A DNA stretch of 64,000 nt from a virus (Duplodnaviria; Caudoviricetes): positions 32,001 to 96,000 of IMG/VR virus record IMGVR_UViG_3300032030_002802; one strand, written 5' to 3'. The position numbers and the translations under genes are program-made. This document shows, one piece after another, positions 17,248-29,400 of the stretch. The notes under the pieces are model-generated. The model was not told the origin of the DNA. It ran no database searches and worked only from the letters and a program-made list of their open reading frames with translations. Each line of letters opens with the position of its first letter. Position 1 is the first letter of the stretch.

Positions 17248-18518
17248 TACTGGTTACCTCCCTGCGCGAGACGGGCGAGGAACGCCTCCTTGTTGAAGGC
17301 GGGCACGGGGTCGCCCACGACCTGGGCGGCCGGGGCGGCCTGGGGCGGCGTCGCCACGCCGGCCTTGACGGCAGCGGCGAACGCCGCGTCCGCCTCGTTG
17401 CCGGACGAGGTCACCGGGACGGCAGCGGGTGCCGCGACGGGTACGGACTGCGGGGCCGCGGACGAGGTCACCGGGACGGCAGCGGGTGCCGCGACGGGGA
17501 CGGGGGCGGCAGGCACGGGAGCAGCTGCGGGTGCCGCGTCGGGGACGGCCGCGGACTGCCCGGACGCGAAGCCGGCCTGGACGGTGCTGACGGCTCCGGG
17601 CGCGGAGGGCGGCTCGGGGATCTGGTAGGTGCTGCCGAAGGCGAGCTTCAGGAGCGCGTACTCGTGGTAGCCGGCGGGGCTGCGGCCGGTCAGCTCGCGG
17701 ATGAGGATCTGCACGATCTGCTCCGCGCTGAGGATGTTGAGGTAGCTCCGCAGGTCGGCCAGGTCGTACCGGGTCGCCATGATGTCCTGGGTGGCCGGGA
17801 TGCGCATCACGCGGCGGTTGGCGTCGAGCGCGAACTTGACGCTGTAGCCGGACATCTCGCCCTTGTCGTGCTCCTTCTCGACGACGAGAGCGGGCGCGCC
17901 CTGAGGCGCGGTGATGTCGCCGTTGGCGTACGCCGCGAGGTAGTTCGCCGCGATCTGCTCGGCCGTGGCGCTGGGCGACGGCTGGAACACGAGACCGTTC
18001 TCGCCGACCAGCTTCTTCGCGACTGCGGACGAGAAGATGCCGATGTGCGCGACGCGGTCCGGCTCGTTGGGCAGGAACACGTTGCAGAACAGGAACTGGC
18101 GTGGCGGGGGCAGGACGGCAGGGACGCGGTTCGGGTCGCCGAACTTCCCGTCGTCGAGCAGGTACGCCCACGTCGGGTCGCTCTTCGCGACCTTGCGCAG
18201 GACGGCGATCGGGCACTCCTCGCCGACGGACTGGAGCGACACGATGTCGTAGCGCTCCTTCCAGTCTCCGCGGCCGAGGCGGCGGTAGATGATCGCGCCG
18301 TTGCCCCAGTTGGACAGGGAGGGCGGCTCGCTCGGGAGGATCGACGGCAGGTAGGACACCCGCTTGTCGGGGTTGCCGGGGTCGAGCGCGGGCAGGATCG
18401 TGAACGTGATCGGCTGCTTCCCGCTCATGAACTTGGTCTTCACGCCGTTGAGGTAGAAGATCTTGTCGGAGTTTTCACCCTCGCCTGCGAGCGAGGAGAA
18501 CATGGTGTTGAATCCCAT
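17247..18518 (-). CDS. Probable gp32-like ssDNA-binding/recombination protein with Ala/Pro-rich tail
   Basis: ITFTILPA motif, position directly upstream of recA, and low-complexity tail. Function is inferred. Confidence 0.5.
   Translation of the reverse strand: MGFNTMFSSLAGEGENSDKIFYLNGVKTKFMSGKQPITFTILPALDPGNPDKRVSYLPSILPSEPPSLSNWGNGAIIYRRLGRGDWKERYDIVSLQSVGEECPIAVLRKVAKSDPTWAYLLDDGKFGDPNRVPAVLPPPRQFLFCNVFLPNEPDRVAHIGIFSSAVAKKLVGENGLVFQPSPSATAEQIAANYLAAYANGDITAPQGAPALVVEKEHDKGEMSGYSVKFALDANRRVMRIPATQDIMATRYDLADLRSYLNILSAEQIVQILIRELTGRSPAGYHEYALLKLAFGSTYQIPEPPSAPGAVSTVQAGFASGQSAAVPDAAPAAAPVPAAPVPVAAPAAVPVTSSAAPQSVPVAAPAAVPVTSSGNEADAAFAAAVKAGVATPPQAAPAAQVVGDPVPAFNKEAFLARLAQGGNQ
17403..17498. 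repeat. 39-nt direct repeat (57-nt period) in the Ala/Pro linker
   Basis: GGACGAGGTCACCGGGACGGCAGCGGGTGCCGCGACGGG at 17403 and 17460 (PVAAPAAVPVTSS x2). Confidence 0.9.
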
Positions 18519-18591
18519 TTGTTTTTCCTTTGGTTTGTTGGTTTGTCATTTCTCGTTTTTCGTTTTCAGGCCCTATACGTGGGCGGCCAGT

Positions 18592-18620
18592 AGTATAGCA
18601 AAATTCCTGCGGCATGTCAT
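18592..18620 (-). promoter_or_regulatory. Sigma70-like promoter of the SSB-recA operon
   Basis: ATGACA-17 nt-TATACT with extended TG. Confidence 0.7.
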
Positions 18621-18981
18621 CCGTAATAAGTCCCCTGGATCGAGCGGAAGAGCTTGCGCAGCCGCTTCCTACCGAACCTGGGGAGCCCCTTCACCTTCCT
18701 GTACGCGCGTTCCATGTCGTCCATCAGGGCGTCCATGTTGCGGTACACGGCCCTGAAGAACCTCGGGTACTTCGGGAGCTCCACGAAGTAGACGGTGTTG
18801 TCGTCGAACGTATCGCTCTTGCCCCAGTCCTCGCAGCCGTCGTCCTTGACCTCGAACGCCTCGCCCGTGAACGAGTACTGTGACGAGATGTCGTCGTTCT
18901 CGGCCATCTCCTCCAGCACGTCCTGGTCGACGACATCGTTCAAGACGATCCCGTATCCGGTGAACGAGTAGTTCTGCATGC

Positions 18982-19398
18982 TCATATGCTTGGCTCCAGT
19001 CCCTTGTCCATCAGCTCGTCCACGAACTGCTTGATCTGGTCGATCTGGCAGTAGTGGTTCCTGCATCCGCACCAGTCCGTCTGGTGCCTCATCTGGCGCA
19101 CCATGATGTGGTACACCCATTCCTTGTCCCAGAAGCGGACGTCGCTTATCGACAGGTACACGTACCTGTCCGGGGCCCCGTCCGCTCCCTTCCTCGTCAC
19201 GACCGCCGAGAACTCGTAGTGGTTCCCGTGGATCTCCACCTTGTAGCCGGCCAGCGTCTTCCTGAGCCAACGCCCGTATGACGCCTCGAACGCCTTGTAG
19301 TCAGGGCCTGTCGTGCCCCCGCTCGAGAACTGGTGGTCCCAGTACTTCTGCAGCGGGCGCGGGAGATCGCCCTTGTGCAGGATATGGTCTATGTGCAT
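18982..19398 (-). CDS. Hypothetical phage protein, distantly similar to 42585-42938
   Basis: YVYLSISDVR..IMVR....TDWCG.RNHY vs LVYFSADAS..VLYRTA..HDYTGGYNRY. Confidence 0.6.
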   Translation of the reverse strand: MHIDHILHKGDLPRPLQKYWDHQFSSGGTTGPDYKAFEASYGRWLRKTLAGYKVEIHGNHYEFSAVVTRKGADGAPDRYVYLSISDVRFWDKEWVYHIMVRQMRHQTDWCGCRNHYCQIDQIKQFVDELMDKGLEPSI

Positions 19399-21139
19399 TT
19401 GCGTTGTCCTTCTGTCGTCGTTGTCAGTCCCGCCCCCGCCACATCTCGAACGTGGCGTGCTCGACGTCCGTGCACGTCCACGCCCCCTCGGTGGCGTTCC
19501 CGTTGGCCATGTGGCCCACCAGCCTGAGCACCTCGTCGGGGTCGAGGCTCACCTCCTCGGTTTCGCCGTCCGCGTTGACGGACTCGAACTCGAGGTCTAT
19601 CCCGTCGTACGGGCCGTAGTCGAACAGCTGCAGGCCCGATGGGGTCTTGCCGTCGGCGCAGTACGAGACCTTCAGGCCCTCCTCCGCGTTCTCCTCGGCC
19701 CAGGCCTTCAACACGTCCTGCACGGTGGCCACCGCCTCGTTGAGGTGGAGGCCGACCGATAGCAGGGCCGCGGCCCCGTCGTGGCGCAGGTAGTCGTAGA
19801 GGGCGTCGCAGTCCACGACGCCGTCCTCCGACTCTATCTCCAGCAGCTCTTCCCACTTGTCGGCGGCCTTTAGCTTGCTGACCACGTCCCCGACGTCGTA
19901 CTCCTCGGGGTCGCGCATCCAGCGTATATCGTTAGGGTCGTTTACCTGGAATTTCATGTCGTCTCTCCTTTCAGTACGGTACGGCCTGCCCGGTGTCCTT
20001 GCCCATGTAGTAGGCGTACGCGCCCGCCTTTATGACGAGCGCGTCCCTGCCCCAGTACAGCTTCCGCATCCCGCTTATGGACGGGTACGGCCCTGCGGAC
20101 CCGACGCAGTCGCGCCCGAGCCTCCGCTCCAGGCCGTGCCTGTCCCGCAGGCGCAGGTACACCGTGCGTCCGCGCTTCACTTTCCGGCCTCTTCCGGTCT
20201 CTCGGCCTTCTCGGCCGCGTCGTCTATCGCCGACAGCACCTTGTCCATGGTCTCTGGGCCGCAGAGGACCTTGCCGCCGGGCTTGCCGCCGGCCACGGCC
20301 TCCGGGCGCAGGACGGCCCAGCGGCCGGTCGGCCACACGGTGCGGCCGTCAGTCGTCTTGAACGCGTACTGCTGCCCGGAGTCGAACGCCGACCCGTCCG
20401 GCGTCGTCTCGACGAGGAGCACGCCGGTCTCGAATTTCCTGCGGCACTCGTCGCAGGGCTCCAGGTCGACCAGGACCTGCTTGGGCGCCTCGGCGTCGTC
20501 GTTGTCCGGCTTGCGGACGCGGCCGAGCAGGGCGACGCCCTTCGACCCGCCGCACCAGAAGCACTTGTCGAGGGCCGGGTTGACGCCGTGCTTCGGCGAC
20601 AGCTCGAGCCCGTCGTCCTTCCCCTTACGCCTCGTCGCCATGCCATTCCCCCTCTCCCTGGTCCTGCACGGCCGACACGGAGTTCGGGCTCCACTGCGGC
20701 TTCTGCGGCTCTTGTGGCTCCTGCGGCTGCGTCTCCTCGCCCGGGACGACGGAGTCGTCGTGCGCGAGTCCGGTCCGGACCGCGTTGATCGCGTCGAGGA
20801 CGGCCCGCGCCAGGACCTCCGCCGCGCTGCGGGACAGCTCGGTGCGGCCGCGCACGTAGCCCAGGACGTCCGCCATCAGGTCGGCGGCCGTGTCGGCGCA
20901 CGCTATGACGCTCTCGTTGCTGGCGGCCGCAGCCACGCCGCTCTGGCACAGCTCGGCGATCCGGTCGCACGCCTGGCGCGAGCTGCAGCGGTTGAACCGG
21001 CTCGTGGCCGCGACCGTCGCCCCTGGCAGCGGCACCATGTCGGCCGGCACGCCTTCGCCCGGCTGCGGCTCGTCGCCCAGCGCGAGGACCGGCGGCTCGC
21101 CTTCGCGGATCTTGAGGTATAGCTGTTTCATCGACTGTC

Positions 21140-21877
21140 TCATTGGTTGTTTCCTTTCTGGTTGTCTGATTCGCTCTTCACGAGTCCGGCCTTGCGCACC
21201 GCGTCGTACAGGGTACGGGCCCCCGCGCACTCCGAGAGGCCGAGGTCGATCGCGTCCATCTGGTCCTTGAAGTCGCCGTAGTCGGCGAACCCGCGTTCTA
21301 CCACTTCGGCCAGCGCCTCCATGACCATGCGGCCGGCCGCCGCCCGCGTCATCTTCCCGCGCTTGTAGTACTTCAGCATCCGGACGATGGACGACGTAGG
21401 GTACTCGCTTCCGGTATACTCGGTCTGCCTGGTGACGTTGGCCGCCACGAACGCGTCCGTGTAGTAGACGTTGCCCTGGACCGGCGGCTCATTGCCCCCC
21501 GCGAACCAGATTCCGACCTGCACGTGAGAGAAGTCGAACGAGTCGACCAGCTCCTTCAGCGTCGGTTTCAGGTATGAGCAGAACTGCACGGTCTGCCCTT
21601 CGCGTAGCATGACCGTGACCGCGTTCTTCGTGATCGACATGAGCGACACGGTCGGGTCCGTGCCGGCCAGCGACGTCACGCTTTCCATCACGTCCGTCAG
21701 CGTGTACGGCCGCGCCGCGCACGGGTACACGTCGTAGTCGTGCACCGGGTCGCCGCACAGCGACCCTCCCGCCAGTATGAACGGGCGCCCGTCCAGGATC
21801 TCGTACACCTTCCCGAACTGCAGCTTGTTCGCCCGCTGCACTATCGCCCGGTGTATCTTGTTGTCTACGTCTATCAT
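21140..21877 (-). CDS. Nucleotidyltransferase-like protein (poly(A) polymerase/CCA head-like)
   Basis: ILAGGS.....HDYDVY (hGG...DxD) and downstream SFDFS. Confidence 0.6.
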   Translation of the reverse strand: MIDVDNKIHRAIVQRANKLQFGKVYEILDGRPFILAGGSLCGDPVHDYDVYPCAARPYTLTDVMESVTSLAGTDPTVSLMSITKNAVTVMLREGQTVQFCSYLKPTLKELVDSFDFSHVQVGIWFAGGNEPPVQGNVYYTDAFVAANVTRQTEYTGSEYPTSSIVRMLKYYKRGKMTRAAAGRMVMEALAEVVERGFADYGDFKDQMDAIDLGLSECAGARTLYDAVRKAGLVKSESDNQKGNNQ

Positions 21878-24800
21878 GTCTACGCCTCCTCCGGTTCGTA
21901 CTGCGTGTGGATGTGGGAGGCCTCCTGCTCCCAGTAGTCGCAGTCCTTCTTGTAGCCTTCCTTGCAGTGGCGCTCCGCCATCGCTACGGCCTCGTCCTGC
22001 GTGCGCGCCTGGACGTACAGGTAGTGCGCGTACGTTATCGCGCAGCGCACCTTGAACGTCCACTGGTTGTCCGGGTCCCGCGGCCCGTTGATCGGGTTGT
22101 CGAGGCTCGTCCCCGACTTGTTAGCCTTCATCCTTGCCATCTTTAGCCTTTCGCTTCGTCAGTTTCGACCAGCCGCGCGGGTGTTTCATCCGGCGCAACA
22201 CCGCCCCGGACGCGTCGACCAGCGCGTACGCGGACAGGTCGGTCGGCCACTCGATGAACTCAAGCGCCGGCACGACCAGGTCGCGGATGTCCCCGCCGCG
22301 GAACGTGCGCGACGAGTACATCATCTCGCCTCCGTCCGTCTCGGGGAACAGGAGCCCGTCCACGGCGTCTGCACGCCCGCCTTGCAGCTCCGCCGGCGTG
22401 GTCCAGGTGCAATCCACCGGCGGCAGCGCGTACTCGTAGACCATCACGTACCGGTCTATCAGGTGCCCGTTCTCGTCGCGCTGGGAGCAGTCCTCCTCGT
22501 CGAGGTTGTCGCCCGAGCCGAACGCGATGCGCACCATCCCGCGCCCTGGGAGCAGGAGCGTGACCTCAGCGTCCCGGTGCGGGTACACGTTGCAGGGTAT
22601 GTCGTCCAGTTTCATTGCTCCTCCTCGCCGTCCCCGTCTTCGTCGTCCTCCACGTCGCCGGCGTCGGGGTCGGCGTCCGGGTCGTTATTGTCGGACCCGG
22701 TCAGCGGGAGCGGGTCTTCCTCGTTGGTCAGCACGAGCTGCACCGGCTCGCCCGTGTCCGGGTCGCTGTTACGCTGGACGGCCCTGACTGGGACCGCCTC
22801 CTCCCCGTTCAGGGAGATCCGCAGCTCGCGGTGCAGGTCGCTGAGCCTGACCTTGTCAAGCAGTTGCCTTAGCGTCATTTGCCTTCTCCTTTTTGCTCCG
22901 CCTCACGAGGCGGTTCATCACCCTCGGCCTGTAGCCGAGCTCCAGTAGCCTGTCCAGCAGCCGCTCGCGCATGGTCGGGTCGTTGCACGGCTTGAGGGCG
23001 TGGTAGTAGGCCATGCACGATTCCTCGCACTTCCCGCGCACCTGGTCCAGCGACAGCATCCACCCGTCCGCGGACCGGCTGTTAGGCACGTCCGGGAGGA
23101 ACGCGACCGGCACCCATTTGCACTCGAACGGGCAGAACCGCTTCCGGAACACGACGCGGGTCTTCGGGACCCGCTCCGCCCAGTAGTCCTCCACGTCGCA
23201 CGCGAGCCCGAAGGCCGGGCGCGAGCAGAACCCGTTTCGCGTGCCGTCGATCGGGCATGTGAGGCGGAACCCGGAGCGCAGGAGGCGCTTCTTGTAGTCC
23301 AGTATCAGCCCCATGTCGTCATCGGTCAGCCCGGTGGCGTCGCCGTTGACGAAGTAGCACGCGGCCCAGCACGGCACGTTGCACACCACAGTGGACCTCG
23401 CGCCCATCACCGCACCTCCTTCTCCCGGCCGTTCGGCCAGTCCCTCGGGGCCCGGAAGAAGTGCATTCCGCGCGTGTTGGTGCCGGTCGGCCCGGACACC
23501 AGGCGTATGCCCCAGCCCTTCTCCCCGAGCTCCTCGGTCAGCTGCGTGAGCCGGGCGAGTCGCTCCGGGGCGTGGATTGCGGCCAAGGCCGCGGCGTAGT
23601 CGAGCGCGGCCCACAGCCGGTCCTCGTACTCCGCTCGTATGGTCTCTTCAGTCTCGGTAGTGGCGTCAGTCACTGTCTCCTCCTTCGCGTTGCCGCTCCC
23701 GGCGCATTTGTCCGGCCCGCCTGTTTCGGCCGCTCCGGCTTTCCTGTTCTCCGATATCGCCCAGGTGTTGACCATCTGGCACTGCTGCTCGGTGAGCCCG
23801 AGCCGCGCTACGACCTTTGCCAGTGCCTCGCGCTTGGTCTGCGCGGCCACCTCATGCCTGCCGGCGTGGCGCGTGTATATCGTGAAGCGTCTGTTCTGCT
23901 GCATATCTCCCCCGTATCGGGGTTTGGCATCTTCTCTCCAGCTCGGCGAGTCTGCCGGCCAGCACGCCGCGCAGCGTGCCGATCGCGTCGTCCATCGACC
24001 TGTGCTGCCTTCCCGCCTCCGTCTCCTGTATGTACAGCATGGCCGGCGACGACCACCTGGACGCGAACCGGTAGCGGTAGTCCCGCAGCGGCATGCCGAG
24101 CATGTCGCGCGAGTCCTGCACCAGCGTGTAGGGCAGGCCGGACTCGCGCAGTATGTCGGACACGGTGGAGTAGTGCATGCGGCTGCATGTCTTCCCCACG
24201 GCCGCGTCCAGTGCGGCGAGCTCGCGGGCGTACGCGTCCCGCTGCTCCTCCGGGGTCATCATTCCGACTCCTCCGGGCCCTCGGTCTCGGCCACACACAG
24301 CGTCCTGCTCGGCGCGCTCCCGGCGAACCAGGCGTCCCACGAGCGGCCCTCGCGGCGCAGTACGGCGAGGAGCCGGCTGCGCAGCCAGATGGAGTCGGCC
24401 GCCGTCCACCCGGACAGGTCGATCTCGGCGCGGGAGCAGTCCGGCGCCCGCACCACCGGCGGGACCGGCAGCTTCATCTTCGGGCACGTCTCGGCCAGCG
24501 CGGCGTCGACGCTGAGCAGTTCGTTGCACGTCATGCGCCGGCCCCCCACAGCCTGCGGACGGCGGCCGAGACCTTCTCGTCCCACTCCTTCCTGTGCTCG
24601 CCGAGGAGCTCGCACACGGCGGCGTCGCCCTTGCCGATGTTCTCGGCGATGATCTCGCGCTCCTCCTCCTTCACGCCGGCGACGTACTTCTCCACGCGCT
24701 CCGTGAACCGCTCGGCGGTGGCCTTCGCGTGCGCCGCGTTCTCGGGGCTCGAGAATGGTGCGGCGACGTACTTGTCGCGCTCCCCCTTCACCTGCGCCAG

Positions 24801-26422
24801 GAACTCGCCGAGCGGGCACATGTGGCTCCCGAAGCGCTTGCGGACGTCCTCGTCGTCGAGGACGGTGCAGAACTCGGACAGCGAGCCGTTGCCGCGGAGG
24901 TGCTCGACCATCCGCTCAGTCACCCACATCATGTCGTGCTTCCCGTCGAAGTCCTCGGGGTACTCTATGCGCCACAGCAGCGCCAGCACCGCCGAGATCT
25001 CCTGCGAGTCGTTGTCCCCGTCGCCGTTGCGCAGGTGCCCGATCGCGTCCTCGAGGTCGGCCATCAGGGCCTCCTCCACCTCCGCGTCGGTGGACAGCGG
25101 CTCGCCGTAGTGCCTGTGCCGCCACTGGTCGCGCGACAGGAGCTGCACGCGGTCCAGCATCTTCGACCGGAACCCGTCGTGCGACACCCAGTGGTCTATG
25201 CAGTGGTCCACTATCGTCTTCCGGTTGGAGGGACGCGTGAGCTCCGCCAGCGCCTTGCCGTAGAACGTGTCGTCGACGGTCACCTCCAGGTCTAGCCAGT
25301 CGGTCCCGAAGTTGTACTCGCGTGGCGAGTTGAACCTCGTGGCCTTGATTGCCGTCACCCCGTAGCTGGCGAGCGGCTTGTCGGCGTCGAACACCAGGTT
25401 CGCCTCGTGGACCAGCCGCTCGCCGAACTTCCTGGCGTCGTAGTCGTCGCAGACCAGGCGGCCCTCCTCCCGCTCGGACTCCGCGTCGGGCGCCCACATG
25501 CCGTCGTAGCTGAAGACGCCGGAGTACGTGTCCACGTCCACGATCATCGCCACGGTCGTGTATGCAGTGAATGTTTGCATCGCCTCATCTCCCTGTTCAG
25601 TCGAACCAGACGGAACCCTGGTACCTGGTGTCCGCCATGACCGGCGCGTCCGGCACGTGGCCCGGCTGCCTGTCGGCTATGGCCTCGGCGAGGGATTCGC
25701 GCACGAGGCGCTCGTCGTCCTCGCTCCTCGCCAGCGCCGTGTCTCCCGGCTCGTGCGGTTTCGGCAGGGGCTTCGCGTACCGCCGCGCTACCCGTGCCAC
25801 CTGGTCCCGCGTCATGCCGATCTCGGCGAGCATCGACTTCGTGCTCATTCCGCCGCCTCCCCGCTGTGCAGTTCGTTGACGACCTCCTCCATGGTCGACG
25901 CCTTGTCCAGCCCGAAGCTCCAGCGCATGTTGCTGACGCCGCCGGTGACGGTCTCCTGGTCCTTATCGGTGGTCCGGTCGTATCCGGCGAACAGGACGGC
26001 GACGTCCACGACTATCGCGTTGAACGTCTCCTCGTCCACGCCCGACAGCCTGGTCCTGCCGGCGACCGCGCGCAGCATGTTGTGTGCGAACCACACGGCG
26101 GCGGAGCTCACGCTGTCGAACAGCTCGGGCTCGTTCTCGACGCCGTCGCGGTCGGAGTTCAGCACGACTATGTCCGACATTTTCGCACCTCCTCCCGCGC
26201 CTTGAGCACGTCCTCGACCCGCGCGACGTTCATCTCGTGGAACGTCTTGCCGAGCAGCGTGCGGGCGGCCTTCTCGGCCTCGCCCTTCGTCTTGAACCGC
26301 CTGGCCTCGCCCAGGTCGGCGGTCAGCACGTCGCTGCCGCGCCCGTGGGGGATTATGCGCTTCGCGAACCCGAACACGAACTCGCCCTGCTCGTCCAGGT
26401 ATATCGGGCACTGCACGACGAA

Positions 26423-26463
26423 CTCGCCGGTCTCGCCGGTCTCGCCGGTCTCGCCGGTCTCGC
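26423..26463. repeat. 9-nt tandem repeat (CTCGCCGGT)x4 encoding ETG repeats
   Basis: Seen directly; in frame within ORF 26168-27031. Confidence 0.9.
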
Positions 26464-29400
26464 TCGTCCTGAGGCCGCGCGCGAACTTCCTTAGGGACTT
26501 GCCTCCCTCACCGAACACGAACATCATGCTCACGTCGGACACGAGGCTCGCTTTCTTGCCCGGCATGTCGATGCCACGCGCGACCTTCACGGAGATCGTT
26601 GGCTCCTCGTAGTACCCACCGCCGACGGTGCTGTTGGCCATGTTTGCTCCAGTCTCGTAGAACGTGACCTCGTACGAGGTCGCCGAGCGCCCTACCCGTG
26701 GCAGCACGAGCGCGATGAACTTGTCGATCGGCAGGGCTCCGTACGCCAGCGTCTGGTACAGGCCGCCGTCGACGGTGTCGTCCGGAACGGCCGTGCCGTC
26801 CGGCGTCAGGGTCATGCCGATCCTGACGAGCCGCAGCTCGACGTACCGCTTGATGCGGCGGGCGTCGGCGGACTCGGCCCGCGCGGTGAGCGCCAGCGCC
26901 TCGAACCTGCCGTCGTCCCTAGTCTCGCGCGCCGGCAGCAGCGGCATGGCCGGCGACACCCAGTAGTTTCCGTTGCCCTGCTGCACCGTGTCCACCCATG
27001 GCGGAAGTGCCTCTGTCCCTATCACCCTCATCCCCGCACCTCCTCGATTCCGGCCTGCTCCAGCAGGTCTCTGTACTCGTCCAGCCCTTCGCCCGGCTTG
27101 GCCGCGCGCATGCGCTCGAACACCGCGAGCAGCTCGTCGCCGCAGGCGGCCACCGTCAGCCTGTAGTGCGCGTACTCCACGCCCGGCTCGTCCCAGTTCG
27201 GCCCCTGTATGTAGCCCTGCAGCCGTTTCGGCTCCTGGACGTATCCGGGGTTGACGTCCAGCAGGTGCTTCGCCCACCGCTTGAACTGCACAAGCAGCGG
27301 GCCATCTTTCTTGGTTATCCTCTTCATCCGTTTTCCTTTCTTGTCATTTGAAGACCAGCTGGCTGTTTTTCGTGGCCTCGTGCGCCCGCTCCATGGTCCT
27401 GACGTAGTCCGGTATCGTCAGCCCGTTTATCCTCGGCTCCTTCGCGCGACCCCCGTCGGCAGCCGGTTCCTCGTCTGCGGACGCGGCATCCCACGGCGAC
27501 GCGTCCGCCAGCTCCAGCTCGGTTGTGACCCGGACCTCGCGTACGCGCGCACGGTCGTCGACATGCCCGGCCGCATTGGCCGCCAGGTCGCGGTGGATCC
27601 ACATGTCCGCATTGCCGAGATCCTCGCCCCATACGCCTCCCTGGCAGACGAACCTGCCGTCACGGCGCTGGATCACCCAGCGCGTGGTTTGTCTCTTCAT
27701 CTGTTTTCCTTTCTTGTCACGAGAATCCGTGGGCCTGGTACTCGCTCCCTTTGAAGCACACCCGCTTGACGATGCGGGCGAACAGCTTCACCATGTCCTC
27801 GAACGTCTCGTCGTCCGCGAACGACTCGTAGTAGTCCAGCCGTTCGGCAGGGCTCGTGTCGTCCATCACGTCGAACGGGCCGCCGTCCGGCACGCCGAGC
27901 ATGAGCCAGGCCTCGATGTCGCACTCGTCGTTCAGGTGGTGCATGATGCAGTCCATCGCGCACAGCACCGCCGCCCGGCTTTTCACCCGCTCGCCATCGT
28001 GTTTGTCGAGATTGTCCGCCATGTCACTCCTCCACTACCGCTGCCTGCAGCGTGATCTTGACCGGCCTGAGCCTGTGGATCTCGCTTCTCGGCATGGTGG
28101 ACGTCACCATGCCCGCCAGGCCCCGGTCGGAGCCCAGGCACTCCTGCGCCAGCTCCCGCGTCTTGAACGTCTCCGCCGCCAGCGGGTTGCTGGACCACGT
28201 CCAGCGGCGCGCGGATTTCCTGGCGTACAGCACGACGTTGTCCGTCGCCGTGATGCCGAGCACCCACGTGCAGCTGTCGGTGAAGTCGCGCGCCCTCATG
28301 CCGCGGCCCTCGGTTCGATCATCCACTCGCCCGTGTCATAGTCCATGTACGCGTCAACCTGTTTGTAGAGCCAGCCTGGCAGCCGGTTGTCGACCCACTG
28401 CGGGCACAGCTCCAGCAGCTCGCCCACGCAGCGCACGTCGACGCCGTTGACGAACTCTACGATCCTGGCCTTGAGCAGGTTGTACGCACTCGGGCATTTC
28501 GGGTCGAATGACTGCCGCGTCGCCAGGATCGTGCCGTCGTCAAGGTACTTCTTGACTACTGCCGCCGCGAACTTGGCGTTGGCCTGCAGTGCCGGAAGCC
28601 GGTCGATGTTCTCGAGCACGATCTTCTTGACGCGCCCGAACGGGATCACTCTCTCCATTGCTCCTCCTAGCCTGTCATGTAGTTGTATTTCGTGGCCCCG
28701 TCGCCGGTCAGCAGGAACTTCGGGACCGTGCCGTCGAACGGGATGTTGGCGCCGCGGAACGCCTCCCTCCCCTCCTCCAGGTCGTACCGCACGAAGAACC
28801 AGCCCTCGTTCGGCCCGTAGAACGACCAGTACTCCATGTACTTTCCGTTCACGGAGTACTCGTACACGCCGGTCTCCTCGGCGCGCACGAGGGCCCGCTG
28901 CTCATTGGGCGTCACTGCCCAGCCTCTTTCTGGTTGACGATGTTCACCATGGCCTGCCTGATCCCGTCGGCGGTGTGAGGCGGCAGCCTGAGCCGCAGCA
29001 CCACGGTCTTGATAATTGGCGAGTCGTCCTCCGGCGACAGCGTGACCTCCGGGTACTTGTCCCCGTACAGCTTCCGCTCGCGCAGCCCGGCGCGCATGAA
29101 CAGGCGCTTGACGACGAGCTGGCAGACGGTGCGCCAGTGCGCGACGGTCATCCGCTCTATCACGTCGTCGACCCCGCACGTCGGCCCGAACGAGTTGTGG
29201 TACTGCAGCTCGAGGTCGCACCACAGGACGTGGACGGCGTGCTCCTCGCACCAGACTATCGCGTCGGCCATGATGTCGGCGGCCTCGTCGCAGTCGTCGG
29301 CCGCTGCTATCCGCCTGGCGAACTCGCACTCGTCGTTGTAGGCCAGCTGTTTCAGGTTCTTGTCACTCATAGTACTTCTCTCCTGTCAGGCGCTCCCACC

